Source: Candidatus Hydrogenedentota bacterium (GTDB lineage Bacteria > Hydrogenedentota > Hydrogenedentia > Hydrogenedentales > SLHB01). Taken from it: a DNA stretch of 64,000 nt. Positions 54,638 to 64,000 of this stretch are shown one piece after another. The stretch's first letter is position 1, and the number at the start of each line of letters is the position of its first letter. Where the stretch lies: positions 8,732-72,731 of the forward strand of contig JACQVH010000109.1 in the NCBI GenBank assembly GCA_016209895.1, in the 5' to 3' direction. The notes beneath the pieces were generated by a model, which saw nothing but the letters and a program-made list of their open reading frames with translations, was not told the DNA's origin and ran no database searches. Both the position numbers and the translations under genes were made by a program.

Positions 54638-57589
54638 TCATTTCGGCGAGAACGGGAAATCGAGCGTGATTACATTATCCGAGGTGATCGTGGCCGGCTG
54701 CTCCATCATCGGCGGCGGCTCTTCGGAATCGGGATCGGGTGGCCGCAGGCGGACGCGAACGGTAACATCGCCAGGGGTCAGGTTCTCGATGAGGTAGCGC
54801 CCGTCAGCGTCGGTAAAGGCCAGTCCCCGGACTCCGTCCTGGGTACGCACGCTGACCGCCGTATGTTCGACTGGCTTCCCAGCGTCAGTCACGGTCCCTT
54901 CAAGGCTACCGCCAACGACCAAGACGATTTCCACTTGCTGCACGCTTTGCGCCTGCGGATCAAACTCTGCTGAACCGGTGGCGTAGCCTGGGGAGACCAC
55001 GAATAACCGAGTGCACTCCGGCGGAAGACTTTCGACCACGAACCGACCGGCATCATCCGTGTGGGCCGCCACGTCAGTGGCCATTGGCTGGGCGCCGCCC
55101 GGGACCGCAGTAAGGGCTGCCGGCGGTAGATTGCCCAAGATGATTCTCGCCCCAGGCACGGGGGAACCGTCGGCGCGGCGCACCAATCCTTCGACGCGCG
55201 ACTGGCCTGCCTCCAAAGGAATCACCACGTCACGGAGCGTTTGGCCCGGCTCGATCGGCTGTTCCGGTGTTTCCGTCGGACGATAATTCGAAGCCCGCAC
55301 CAGGAGCGTCCAGCGCCCCGGCTGCGTCTCCAGTGAAAATCGGCCTTCGGGATTTGCTACCTTCTGCATGGTTACGGCGCGCCCATAGGCCGGACCAATA
55401 CCGATTTCGTACTCAGGCACCGGTCTACCGGTCTTGGCATCCACGACTTGGCCTTCCATTCGCGGCCGCGCCTGGAGCACGAAATCAGCATTCTCAGTGC
55501 CAGCGCGCACGTCACGCAATATGGCCGAGCCATAGCGGTCGTGTCGGGCGCTGACGTCTCTCTCGATCTCGGCGACATTGTCTATCGTATATCGCCCGTT
55601 GCGGTCCGTCGAGGCGTGACGCCCGGAGCCGTCCTCGCCGGAAGCGAAGACTTCCGCAAGCTCGATAGGTTTACCTTCGGTATCCGTTACCCGCCCGGAG
55701 ATTCGGAGTATGTGACTGTCATCAAAAACGAGTCGCAAGCCCGACCGCACCTCGTGCGAACGCAGGGTCAGTGTCGTCGCAGTTAGAATTCCATGCACAT
55801 AGTGCCCGTACGGACCGAGTTGCACGTCATACGTAGCCGGTACCAGACCAGTCATCACAAATCGTCCTTCCGCGTCGGTACGAGCGGACATGCGCGCCTC
55901 CGCCAGCAGAAGACTTTTGTCTTCGGGCATGGCCAGCACCACGGCGGGCTTAGGGTACCCACGGTGGTCCACGACTACGCCCGATAGCGCGGCGTCGGCC
56001 TCCAGTTCCAGGACGATGCGAAGGTCTCGCAGACCGTCGGCTGGGATGGTAAAGGGCCCTTGCAGCCGACTTCGCAGATCCGGAGACGAAGCATACATCG
56101 TTACTTGTTGCTCCGGCACGAAACCCGCCAATTCAAAGCCGCCGGCCTCGTCGGCGGAACCGTTGTCCCGCTGCGTTGCTGGGGGAACCGCCACGGCGGC
56201 CACCTCGGCATAGGGAACGGGCCGTTCCTGCGCGTCTACCACAATACCTGTGATGACAATGCCCCGATGCAGGGGAAAGTCCACGCCCTCGATCAATTTT
56301 CCAGGTGTGACCGCAAGGGTTCGACGGCTTTCCGGTCCGACCGCATTCTGATAGCCGGCCGGCGGATTTACGGTGACGGCGTAGTTGGCTTTCGCCAGCC
56401 CGGACAGTTCGTAGCGCCCGTCCGCGTCGGTCAACGGCGACACCATCCAGTCCGGGGGCGCGTTCGGGTCCATGGCCCGGGCATCTACCTTTGACTCGGC
56501 CAGTCCTTTGCCGGAGTCCGCATCGAACACCCGGCCGCGGACGACACCGCCTTCCGTTACTTTCAAAATCACGTCACGGACGGTTTGGCCTTCCGCCACC
56601 GGAATCGTGCCGGGTCCTTCCGCGACTATCAGCCGTTTGTTCTTCGGCGTCACGGTATGGGGGCGTACCGCCAACCGCTCGAATGCAAAACGGCCGGTCT
56701 CGTCGGTCATCGTTACACACGGGTTTACCGTGAATCCTTCCAACCGGGCCAGCAACTCGAATTTGGGCATGGGCTCGCCGGTCTCGGCATGAACCACCGT
56801 ACCGACGATAGCCCCGCCTTGCGTCAGAATGAGTCGTGCATCGGACGTACCCGCCTCGATGGGTTCCCCGCATAGCGGCGCGTAATCGTCGGCAACCACG
56901 TAAAACGCCCACATCTTGGGTCCCAACGCCGCGACCAGGAAATGACCATCGGAATCGCTGTGCGCCAGATAGGACAAGCGGCGATTGGGGGAGACTTCTT
57001 CGCCGTCGTGCAACACCGGAGTAATTTCCGCATTGCTCACCGGACGATCTTCAGAGTCCACGATCTCGCCGCCGATACCGCTCACCCGGGATTTCAAGAT
57101 GAGCTTGATTCGATTGCCGACCAGCCTTGGATAGAGCATCGCCGACTCCACAGCCGTAGAGTTGCCGAGTCGGGCTTGCACGATGTACCGACCCCAAGGC
57201 AATTCGTGAAATTCGAAAAACCCTCGGTCATCAGCGTTCACGGAAACGGGGCCCGGCAATTCCTCGGCCATCGCTGTGGACTCCCATGCGCCCGTCCACT
57301 GGGCCGTGATCGCTGCGCCGGAAGCCGGTGCGGCTTCCATAGTGTAAGCGCGGCCGAAGATCGCGCCGCGGCCCTTTTCCAAGGGCTTCCTTTCAACTGC
57401 TTCAGCGACCGGTGAAACCACCGGCATCGGTGGAACCGCAGGCTGGTCTTTCACGGTAGGAACTGGCCGGCCGGGCGCCGCCGAAGGTGCCGCACGCTGC
57501 GATTCGGGCACATTACTAAACCACAACCACACAGCCAGGATAACAACTATCACTGCCAGCGCTGTGAAGATAGCCGCAAGTCGCCTCAT
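54638..57589 (-). CDS. Membrane-anchored protein (983 aa) built of repeated carboxypeptidase-regulatory-like (CarboxypepD_reg / Cna-B-type) beta-sandwich domains
   Basis: An N-terminal TM anchor is present (AAIFTALAVIVVILAVWLWF). At least eight repeats of about 80 aa carry the G.V.D...G.P...A.V pattern. Confidence 0.55.
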   Translation of the reverse strand: MRRLAAIFTALAVIVVILAVWLWFSNVPESQRAAPSAAPGRPVPTVKDQPAVPPMPVVSPVAEAVERKPLEKGRGAIFGRAYTMEAAPASGAAITAQWTGAWESTAMAEELPGPVSVNADDRGFFEFHELPWGRYIVQARLGNSTAVESAMLYPRLVGNRIKLILKSRVSGIGGEIVDSEDRPVSNAEITPVLHDGEEVSPNRRLSYLAHSDSDGHFLVAALGPKMWAFYVVADDYAPLCGEPIEAGTSDARLILTQGGAIVGTVVHAETGEPMPKFELLARLEGFTVNPCVTMTDETGRFAFERLAVRPHTVTPKNKRLIVAEGPGTIPVAEGQTVRDVILKVTEGGVVRGRVFDADSGKGLAESKVDARAMDPNAPPDWMVSPLTDADGRYELSGLAKANYAVTVNPPAGYQNAVGPESRRTLAVTPGKLIEGVDFPLHRGIVITGIVVDAQERPVPYAEVAAVAVPPATQRDNGSADEAGGFELAGFVPEQQVTMYASSPDLRSRLQGPFTIPADGLRDLRIVLELEADAALSGVVVDHRGYPKPAVVLAMPEDKSLLLAEARMSARTDAEGRFVMTGLVPATYDVQLGPYGHYVHGILTATTLTLRSHEVRSGLRLVFDDSHILRISGRVTDTEGKPIELAEVFASGEDGSGRHASTDRNGRYTIDNVAEIERDVSARHDRYGSAILRDVRAGTENADFVLQARPRMEGQVVDAKTGRPVPEYEIGIGPAYGRAVTMQKVANPEGRFSLETQPGRWTLLVRASNYRPTETPEQPIEPGQTLRDVVIPLEAGQSRVEGLVRRADGSPVPGARIILGNLPPAALTAVPGGAQPMATDVAAHTDDAGRFVVESLPPECTRLFVVSPGYATGSAEFDPQAQSVQQVEIVLVVGGSLEGTVTDAGKPVEHTAVSVRTQDGVRGLAFTDADGRYLIENLTPGDVTVRVRLRPPDPDSEEPPPMMEQPATITSDNVITLDFPFSPK

Positions 57590-57818
57590 GCTGTTACCTT
57601 CTTTCCCTTACGACCGCCGCGCACGCGCAAGTGCCTTGGAGTGCATCCCGCCCCAGCCGGATTTTGTGCACGGTGGAGCCGCTTCAGACCAACATCCGAG
57701 TTTTGGTGGCGTACCCGGTCTCCTTCGCGGAGGGCGCTCCGCACCATGTGAAAGCGGTGTCATGGCCACCGCCCTCCAAGAAACGGACCATCACCCGCAA
57801 GCGAAACTTAGCTTGGCG

Positions 57819-58940
57819 TTACGGTACTAGGCCATATAGTTCCACGCGGGTGCTGTGTTCCGCTCCAGCCGCCCGCGCGTGAAGTATCAATTCGCCTTTA
57901 ATGATGCCGCCCGACGCGTTTTGGTGAATTTGGCCGGTGGTGCGCACGCGCAATTGCACTTCATCCGGACGTTCGGTCGCTGACGCTTCCCAGGCGAACA
58001 CGTCCGGCTTCGAGTTCTCGACGTTTACAATCTCTAATGGTCCGCCGTAAGGAGCAGTAAGTTCCACCGATTCTTCTACGGGCTGATCAGGTTTAAGTTC
58101 GCCGAAGTAAATGGACTTCTTGGACAAGGCAAGTAGGGGTAGTACACGCCCTTTGACTCTTATTCTCTTCACGGGTACTTCGGTATCGTTGGTTTGCATC
58201 TCAATCGGAGTATTGAACGCACCGAACGGCACGTCGTCGCGTAAAGTGACCGTCGCCACCTGGATACCCGGGTCTGCTTCGGACGTATGAAAAGCCACGG
58301 TCATAAGTGACTCGTCGTACTTCGCTCCGGAGATGGACACCGGCGGCTGGCCTGGAAACGTACGCACTTCGAACGTCTTCGCGTTGCCCGGACCCCGTTT
58401 TACGTCTGCAAAATCCAGGGCCGTGGGACAGTCTTGTGCGATATTCCCCTTGAGCGTCAATACGACCGCCTCCGACTCGCCTTCAAGTTTGAGGTTTACA
58501 GTCGCCTCCACTTCCGCGCCCTTCGCCGTCAGGTCCAGTTGTACGGGAACCGGCAGCGTCTTACCGGGAGGGATTGGCGTGTCCGGTTTAACCTCGGCGA
58601 CGGTACACCCACAACTCGTGGATACTTCGGCGATTTTCAAGGGTTCGGAGAGCGGGTTGTGGACGTCAAACGTGTGCCGCACGACCTGTCCTTGCCGGGC
58701 CAATGGAAAGACGTAGGTCGTACTCAGTCGCTTCAAGGCTTCGGCGCGTTCTTCCGGAGTAAGCGGCGCCTTGCGGCAATCGGTTAACCATACGCTTTGC
58801 AACATGAGCACGACGATCACTATTGCCCGCCATGACCGGGAATTCTTCGACACACCACCGTGCGGTTGGCACGTCCAGCAGCCCTGATTTCCAAATCGGG
58901 AATCCGCTAGGACGGCGAGCCCCGCTTCACCGCGTCGCAT
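57819..58940 (-). CDS. DUF1573-domain protein with an N-terminal TM anchor
   Basis: A VSTSCGCTV motif preceded by FDVHNPLSEPLKIAEV is characteristic of DUF1573. The start was set at MRRGEAG so that the gene abuts the upstream gene's stop. Confidence 0.55.
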   Translation of the reverse strand: MRRGEAGLAVLADSRFGNQGCWTCQPHGGVSKNSRSWRAIVIVVLMLQSVWLTDCRKAPLTPEERAEALKRLSTTYVFPLARQGQVVRHTFDVHNPLSEPLKIAEVSTSCGCTVAEVKPDTPIPPGKTLPVPVQLDLTAKGAEVEATVNLKLEGESEAVVLTLKGNIAQDCPTALDFADVKRGPGNAKTFEVRTFPGQPPVSISGAKYDESLMTVAFHTSEADPGIQVATVTLRDDVPFGAFNTPIEMQTNDTEVPVKRIRVKGRVLPLLALSKKSIYFGELKPDQPVEESVELTAPYGGPLEIVNVENSKPDVFAWEASATERPDEVQLRVRTTGQIHQNASGGIIKGELILHARAAGAEHSTRVELYGLVP

Positions 58941-58941
58941 G

Positions 58942-60072
58942 TTAGCGCCCACCGCTGTCCCCACCCTTCCCCCCAGGTGGCGCCGTCCCGGGTTGCGTAC
59001 CCACCAAAGCCTTCGGGACCAGTTCGCCGTTGACCAGCAGCATCACCTCGAATTCGCCATCGGCATCGGTGCGGAATACCTCGATACCGGGCGGAATGCC
59101 CGCCGCTGTCCATTCAAACTGACCGTCGGGAACTTCAGGATTAACCTCGACCCGTGTAACCTCATACTCGTGGTAGGAATCAGGTTTCCTTGTATCTGCT
59201 CCTCCGAGCCCCTTCTCGAAGTGCTTTTCCTCGAACTTCATCGGAAACCAGATACCCGGCTCAATTTCCTTCAATTGCACGGACCATTCTTTCCAAACGA
59301 AGCCGGACTCCGGGTCACGATCGCGACCGCCAGTGGAGAAGTATCCCATGGTCGGTTCGATATTGAACTCTTCCACCGGATACTTATTCATGGAATCGTT
59401 GCGCCAAACCTTGATGCTGTAAGGAGATTGTGGCCCTGCAGCCTGGTCCCGGATTACCTCCGCCTTTACCTTGCCGTCCTCAACGGCATCGAGCACAATC
59501 TTGAGACCCTCGTTCCGACCATCGTCACGACCAGTGCCCAGCGCGAAAGTGAGATGCATCCACGGCGAGGGTAGCAAGATTTGTTCTGCGGCTACCTTCG
59601 ACATCGTTTCCGGCGAACGATACTCCCAAAGGTACCCTGCACCTGTCCCGAACGGGTAGCGGAGGACGCCTTGTTCATTCCACACGGTCCGCATTCGCGT
59701 TTCCGCTTGGGCACCGGGACGCGGGTTGATAAAGCGGTCATGCCTCTCGACCCAACCACACTTTCCGACCAGAATTGTTGTGTGGGTGGTGAATAGTTCT
59801 CGCGGCCTCGGCAGCCGCACATCACGGTCCCACGGGTTAAGCCCGTGACTTTTCGCCTCGACCCGAACATTGTTGATTTTGGCCAAGCTCTTCGATTGCT
59901 CGGCCATGATCAATCGTAGCACGTTCAGATCCGCGTCTGAGATACCCGGAGAAGCCTCGGCGTTCACAGCGTGGAAACCTAAAGCGACCAGTGATGCCAC
60001 TACTAGGCTCCATGTGCGTGCCCTATTCAAGGTCGGCACTGCCCACTCTGGAAGACACATTCGTGTCTGCAT
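58942..60072 (-). CDS. Hypothetical secreted protein (376 aa)
   Basis: A signal peptide is present (TWSLVVASLVALGFHAVNAEA) and there is a Gly-rich C-terminus. No known domain was recognised. Confidence 0.4.
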   Translation of the reverse strand: MQTRMCLPEWAVPTLNRARTWSLVVASLVALGFHAVNAEASPGISDADLNVLRLIMAEQSKSLAKINNVRVEAKSHGLNPWDRDVRLPRPRELFTTHTTILVGKCGWVERHDRFINPRPGAQAETRMRTVWNEQGVLRYPFGTGAGYLWEYRSPETMSKVAAEQILLPSPWMHLTFALGTGRDDGRNEGLKIVLDAVEDGKVKAEVIRDQAAGPQSPYSIKVWRNDSMNKYPVEEFNIEPTMGYFSTGGRDRDPESGFVWKEWSVQLKEIEPGIWFPMKFEEKHFEKGLGGADTRKPDSYHEYEVTRVEVNPEVPDGQFEWTAAGIPPGIEVFRTDADGEFEVMLLVNGELVPKALVGTQPGTAPPGGKGGDSGGR

Positions 60073-60176
60073 TTCAAGCGTCTCCGAATGAAGCCATTCC
60101 TTTCATCCATTCGATTCGACTGGCCTTTGCGAATACAAAGCGAGCTTTACCACGTGGAATTTGGCTAGGCAGTAAT

Positions 60177-60620
60177 TCAGCACGAAGGCGAGCTTGAATC
60201 CGGCATAGTCCCGAATTTGTATGTGGTGTCACAGAAATACTGACCGTTAAAACATGTGACTTTCGAACTTGGGGGTATGGTGCAGGTCGGGTCGTATGGG
60301 TTTCCATCACATTCTTTGAAATACCAGCACTCGTATTGGACCGGCGTGTTCACGTACTCTTGTCTGCCCGGGGAACCCACTTCCACCCACGGGAATCCTT
60401 GATTCTTGGAGTCAAAGCCGCAGTAATGACTACAATACGACGGAAGCTTGCAGTACAAGTCGCATGTCTCGTTCGTATCGTAGGGACACTCAATGTAGCC
60501 TTGCTTCCAACAGGCACTTGCTTTCAGGAGATACGGGCCGAAGAACAGGCCCAGTAGCGTCCCAAAGACAACAACGGCCCCGAACAGAACGACTCGTTTG
60601 GTTCTCAGCACCCTTTTCAT
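60177..60620 (-). CDS. Small Cys-rich secreted or membrane-anchored protein (147 aa, 14 Cys)
   Basis: An N-terminal hydrophobic anchor is present (VVLFGAVVVFGTLLGLFFG). The mature part is rich in Cys, Tyr and Pro (CWKQGYIECPYDTNETCDLYCKLPSYCSHYCGF...). It lies in a lower-GC segment. Confidence 0.4.
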   Translation of the reverse strand: MKRVLRTKRVVLFGAVVVFGTLLGLFFGPYLLKASACWKQGYIECPYDTNETCDLYCKLPSYCSHYCGFDSKNQGFPWVEVGSPGRQEYVNTPVQYECWYFKECDGNPYDPTCTIPPSSKVTCFNGQYFCDTTYKFGTMPDSSSPSC

Positions 60621-61378
60621 GACGTCCTCCTTTCTTCGTGATTACCCACCAACTTCCTATTATTCGTCGCGCGCCCTCCCGTTCACATTCGAGAAGGTGG
60701 GTTATCCAAAAGAATTCGAGGGATATCTTCGAAGGCAACGGTGTGAAAAGATACAGTGCGTAAGCTCATCCCCTGTTTGCCCCATGCGCTCTCTGGCGTT
60801 CCGGCTTCACCGAACAGCCCCCTGGTTGTCCACGCCCAATATTGTTTGCGCAAACTTCATCTTACCGTATCCGGAAACCTATGTCAAGAGAAATTTTGCG
60901 GCTGGGGGGGGGCGCTGTCCTGTGAATGATAAAAATGGATGAATGAGTCGTCTTTTGGTGTCTAATCTGGCTCCAATCTCTTCAATTTCGGAATTCCGTG
61001 CCATACTCTTTTGCAGGGGAATATTTCGAGGAAACCCTCGTGTCGCGTGCGTAATTGACGAGTGGGCAGGTCCCGAAGACTGCCCAGCAGAATTCGTAGA
61101 TCAAGATATTGCGTTTTGGGATGAGACGTGATACAATATGTAGTAAGCAGGTCAAAGAAAAGTGACAATCGAGGCAAAGTTGAATCGGATTTCAAAGTCT
61201 CCTGGGTCGGAAAATGGAGACTCGGAAGAATGCGAGAACGGGCTCGTGGCCACACATGAAATTCATGGTGGGTGAGCTCGTTGCGTACTGTCGTATTAGC
61301 GGGACACGACCCGTTGTCGTGATGACGACCGCTATAAACATCGAAGGCTAGGTCAGTATAAAAAGAAGGAGAAACTGC

Positions 61379-61447
61379 ATGGCCGCGAAGAAGAAAGCCG
61401 CCAAGAAAGCGACGAAGAAGAGCGCCAAGAAGAAAGCCAAAAAGTAG
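61379..61447 (+). CDS. Lys/Ala-rich micro-protein of 22 aa (MAAKKKAAKKATKKSAKKKAKK)
   Basis: An AAGGAG ribosome-binding site sits 7 nt upstream of the ATG, and TATAAA boxes lie further upstream. A large hairpin follows 75 nt downstream. Confidence 0.35.
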   Translation: MAAKKKAAKKATKKSAKKKAKK

Positions 61448-61521
61448 GGCAAGTATTCATTCGCTGAGCGCGATAAGCGCCCCGCGTCCGAAACGGATTT
61501 CCGGACGTGGGGCGTTTGGCT

Positions 61522-61582
61522 TTTAAATAGGGACAGTCACCTATTATTGGAAGCAAATAATAGGTGACTGTCCCTATTTAAA
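61522..61582. terminator. Perfect 27-bp inverted repeat with a 7-nt loop (tttaaatagggacagtcacctattatt-ggaagca-aataataggtgactgtccctatttaaa); candidate bidirectional intrinsic terminator
   Basis: It lies between the convergent micro-ORF (+) and the GH gene (-). The right arm overlaps the last three codons and the stop of the minus-strand gene. A/T runs flank both arms. Confidence 0.55.
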
Positions 61583-64000
61583 GAACGGTTGCACCTCGAT
61601 GAAGTTCACCGCGAGCTCGTGTCCGGCAACGGCCCCGTCGGATATCGTAAGCTCCGCTTCGCGGGCGGTTGGGCAGAATACGACGCGATAATAATTGAGC
61701 CAAGCAGGATGGTTGCGATTGTATGGGTCGAGTTCGTGGGCGTAATTGCTGGGATACTCCGTATGGAACGAGAGGTCCTCGCGGACGGTTGATCCCTCGA
61801 TCTCGACGGACAATGGCAAATGCTGCTTCTCGTCCAAGCGTTGGAGGTCCGCACAGATCAGTTTCAGCGAATACAGGCGACCGGGTTGGAGATTTCGGAG
61901 CGTCTGTCGCACCCGATTCGGAATGCCCGCGGCGCTTTTCATCCAAAGAAACTGATCGCCATCGGAGGTGCGCGGGTAGCGTCCCTGCAGCCAACTGAAA
62001 CCTTCCATCGTCTTCACCGCGATGGTCCCTTCGGCAGCGGGTTCGAGTCGCCACCCGTTCAGTCCGTCTTTGAAATCGGGGTTCTGCAAGTGCGATAGAA
62101 GATACGCATCGCGCGACAATCGTTCCGTATTCCCCTCGAGGCAATAATGGCGAAACAGGCGGTGTGACCAGCGGATAATCTCTTCGTCGGCGTAGCTGGC
62201 GCTGTATTCCATCACACCGTAGAGCCCCCAGAAGGTCGGGTCCGTCGCCAGGAGATGAAACTGCATGTCCATGAAGACCTTGTAATCCACGCCCGGATTC
62301 ACGTTGAGGCTTTCCGGCGGCGACGACATGTAGCCCAGGCAATAGACCGTATGCTGTTCGATGCCGGGAACTCTCTGAACCCACGTCTGGTGCGGATGCT
62401 GCAATTCCCGTAGCAGCATCTGCGCTGCGGACGCTTCGGTCGGCGCCTCGGCGAGATACCGTTCGAACGCGAAGCGATGGTTCCATTCTTTCAGGGTGCG
62501 CGCGAACGCCGCGCTGGGCGCATCGGGATCGTGCAAGAGGTCGCCGCAGAAGGCGTAGAATTTCTTGCCCGCGAATTTCGGGTCTGCGACGAGCCGCCGA
62601 ATGCCTTCCGTCCAGGCGCGATAATGGTCTTCGCCGGAGTTCAGGAATTCGTCCACAATGATCCCCGCGTAGCCGGATTCAGCCGCGCCGGGCACGCTGC
62701 TCCAGGCCGCGTATACTTCGTCCACCGTCGGCGCAGCGGCGCTACTCAAGCCGGGCAAGCTCGAATTACCCAACCAGTGACGCCCTTCGCGAATCCACTG
62801 CGCGAAGTCCGCAGGGTCCGGCGGCGAGCCGGGCGCGACCAGCGTGTTGACGTGGGAAAACACATGGAGGTCCATGAACGCGCGATCGAGTCGGCCTTGG
62901 GCGGTGATATGAAACGAAGCGGGATAATAGCAAAAGGCCAGTTCGGGCACGGCCCGCACCGATATCTTGCACGAAGCCGCGTCTCGAATCTTGAGTTCGT
63001 GTCGGCCCGCTTTGAGGAAACGCATCGCCTCCAGCGCGCCGCTATCCGGATTCGGCCGCCACACGATTGGCTCGGTCTCGTGGTCCAGCCAAGCCGAGGC
63101 ATCTGCGGCATCAGCGCCTTTACCTGACCGGGACACGGAAAGAAAGACCCATCCCTCACGCGGGTTTGGGAACGAATACGCGGATTCAGCGGCCCGCGAA
63201 ATGCGCGCGGACAACAGTTCCGTGACAAAGTTATTTCGAATTCGCAAAGCGCCATACTCTGCCGGCCATCCGGGACGAACCATAGGCTGAACGCTCACGG
63301 TGAACGGCTTGCCGATTGTGGTCCCATCTTTATCCTTCAACTCTGCCAGCACCTCGAACTCGACCGGCGTTTGGGCGCGCGGTAGTCGGAACGACGCCGC
63401 GGCCACCGTTTGTCCTTTGGCCATAGTCAGTCGTTGCTCCGCCATCGCGCGCACGGCGTGCGATGAGGCGAGGACCGGAGACAATGCAATCCTGACATCC
63501 TGCTCGCCGCCCTCGTTGCCAAGTCCGGAGCAGTCCACTTCGACTTGAACTTCTTTCCGTTCGTAACTGATCGCGCACGCGCATTGCGGCATGGCCGGCA
63601 GTTGCTCGCGGTCCACGGTCAGCTTGCAGGGAAGCCGCCACAATCCTCCACTCGCGCCCCAATCCAAGACCCGAACGGCTATAAGATTTGACGCGCCCGG
63701 TTTGAGATAAGAAGTGAGATCCGCTATGGAGGGCGTCTCGTACATCGAATGCTCGTTCCGGTCGCCGTAGGAATTCACGCGTTGCCCATTGCAGTAGAGG
63801 ACGTAAGAGTCGTTCACGCCACCGGTGGTGAACCAGATGGTCTTGCCGGCCCACGCGGCCGGCACGTCTACATGGCGGCGGTACCAAGCAACGCCATTCA
63901 CCTCCGGGAACCCTTGCTCTTCCCAGCGTTTCCCGGCCCGCAGTAGCGCCCAACTAGCGTCGTCAAATCCGGGCTCGTGCCATCGCTGCGGCTCTCCGCT
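61574..64000 (-). CDS. Glycoside hydrolase with a GH2-like N-terminal sugar-binding jelly-roll domain (5'-partial; the frame stays open to the window end)
   Basis: WYRRHVDVPAAWAGKTIWFTTGGVNDSYVLYCNGQRVNSYGD matches the GH2 N-terminal domain signature. The ORF track start (GTG at 63901) is internal: the same frame continues without a stop to position 64000. Confidence 0.55.
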   Translation of the reverse strand, partial: SGEPQRWHEPGFDDASWALLRAGKRWEEQGFPEVNGVAWYRRHVDVPAAWAGKTIWFTTGGVNDSYVLYCNGQRVNSYGDRNEHSMYETPSIADLTSYLKPGASNLIAVRVLDWGASGGLWRLPCKLTVDREQLPAMPQCACAISYERKEVQVEVDCSGLGNEGGEQDVRIALSPVLASSHAVRAMAEQRLTMAKGQTVAAASFRLPRAQTPVEFEVLAELKDKDGTTIGKPFTVSVQPMVRPGWPAEYGALRIRNNFVTELLSARISRAAESAYSFPNPREGWVFLSVSRSGKGADAADASAWLDHETEPIVWRPNPDSGALEAMRFLKAGRHELKIRDAASCKISVRAVPELAFCYYPASFHITAQGRLDRAFMDLHVFSHVNTLVAPGSPPDPADFAQWIREGRHWLGNSSLPGLSSAAAPTVDEVYAAWSSVPGAAESGYAGIIVDEFLNSGEDHYRAWTEGIRRLVADPKFAGKKFYAFCGDLLHDPDAPSAAFARTLKEWNHRFAFERYLAEAPTEASAAQMLLRELQHPHQTWVQRVPGIEQHTVYCLGYMSSPPESLNVNPGVDYKVFMDMQFHLLATDPTFWGLYGVMEYSASYADEEIIRWSHRLFRHYCLEGNTERLSRDAYLLSHLQNPDFKDGLNGWRLEPAAEGTIAVKTMEGFSWLQGRYPRTSDGDQFLWMKSAAGIPNRVRQTLRNLQPGRLYSLKLICADLQRLDEKQHLPLSVEIEGSTVREDLSFHTEYPSNYAHELDPYNRNHPAWLNYYRVVFCPTAREAELTISDGAVAGHELAVNFIEVQPFFK

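Noticed and set aside
61353-61556. 67-aa minus-strand ORF covering the Lys-rich micro-ORF region
   Set aside because: It has no ribosome-binding site, is antisense to an ORF with a perfect ribosome-binding site, and runs into the palindrome. It is a less parsimonious reading.
61578-63953. Alternative-frame minus ORFs (302 aa, 207 aa) overlapping the terminal GH gene
   Set aside because: The frame carrying the GH2-like WYRR motif is the coherent one and extends to the window edge. The others are Arg-rich shadow frames.

Overview
This is a 64 kb high-GC (about 60-65%) bacterial chromosomal segment. Its gene content (DUF1573 protein, FG-GAP/DUF4091 protein, CarboxypepD_reg repeat protein, several Tat-secreted enzymes, a division/cell-wall cluster that stops at murG) suggests a PVC-like, Planctomycetes-type organism. 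That placement is inference only.

Genes in order:
- a glycoside-hydrolase-like gene;
- a flippase-like/LtaS-like/sulfatase fusion membrane protein;
- a CUT1-type sugar ABC transporter in which the binding protein is fused in-frame to the MalF-like permease, followed by a MalG-like permease;
- a minus-strand three-gene operon of a membrane protein, a radical SAM/SPASM enzyme and a second membrane protein (described below);
- a lower-GC accessory island of about 7 kb (HEAT-repeat proteins, an IS4-family transposase remnant beside a fragment of a paralogous gene, a Big_2 + cytochrome-P460-like lipoprotein, a TetR + flavoprotein pair, and an AT-rich repeat region);
- a 1150-aa FG-GAP/DUF4091 secreted protein;
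- a Tat-signal aldo-keto reductase, a FabH-like KAS III + GT1 glycosyltransferase pair, a triple YHS-like metal-binding protein, an alpha/beta hydrolase, a GNAT acetyltransferase and a tRNA-Leu(CAG);
- recO-lepA-lepB-lepB-hemW, with two tandem lepB paralogs that each carry a degenerate second S26 domain;
- a PilZ-like protein and a CheY-like response regulator pair;
- a 1228-aa secreted protein;
- a division/cell-wall cluster mraZ-(STAS)-rsmH-ftsL-ftsI-murE-murF-mraY-murD-ftsW-murG, with a candidate promoter and MraZ operator repeats upstream, an STAS-domain gene inserted after mraZ, and a mraY carrying an insertion of about 130 aa;
- surface or secreted proteins (CarboxypepD_reg repeats, DUF1573, a Cys-rich small protein);
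- a 22-aa Lys-rich micro-ORF followed by a 27-bp perfect palindrome;
- a 5'-partial GH2-like glycoside hydrolase.

The most unusual locus is the minus-strand operon at 8.4-12.4 kb. A single-pass membrane protein ends in an (Ala-Cys-His-Ser/Asp)n tail encoded by a 12-nt tandem DNA repeat. Its stop codon lies 1 nt from the start of a radical SAM/SPASM enzyme that has an N-terminal RiPP-recognition element, and a further membrane protein follows. I read this as a candidate uncharacterised ACGX-like protein-tail maturation system.
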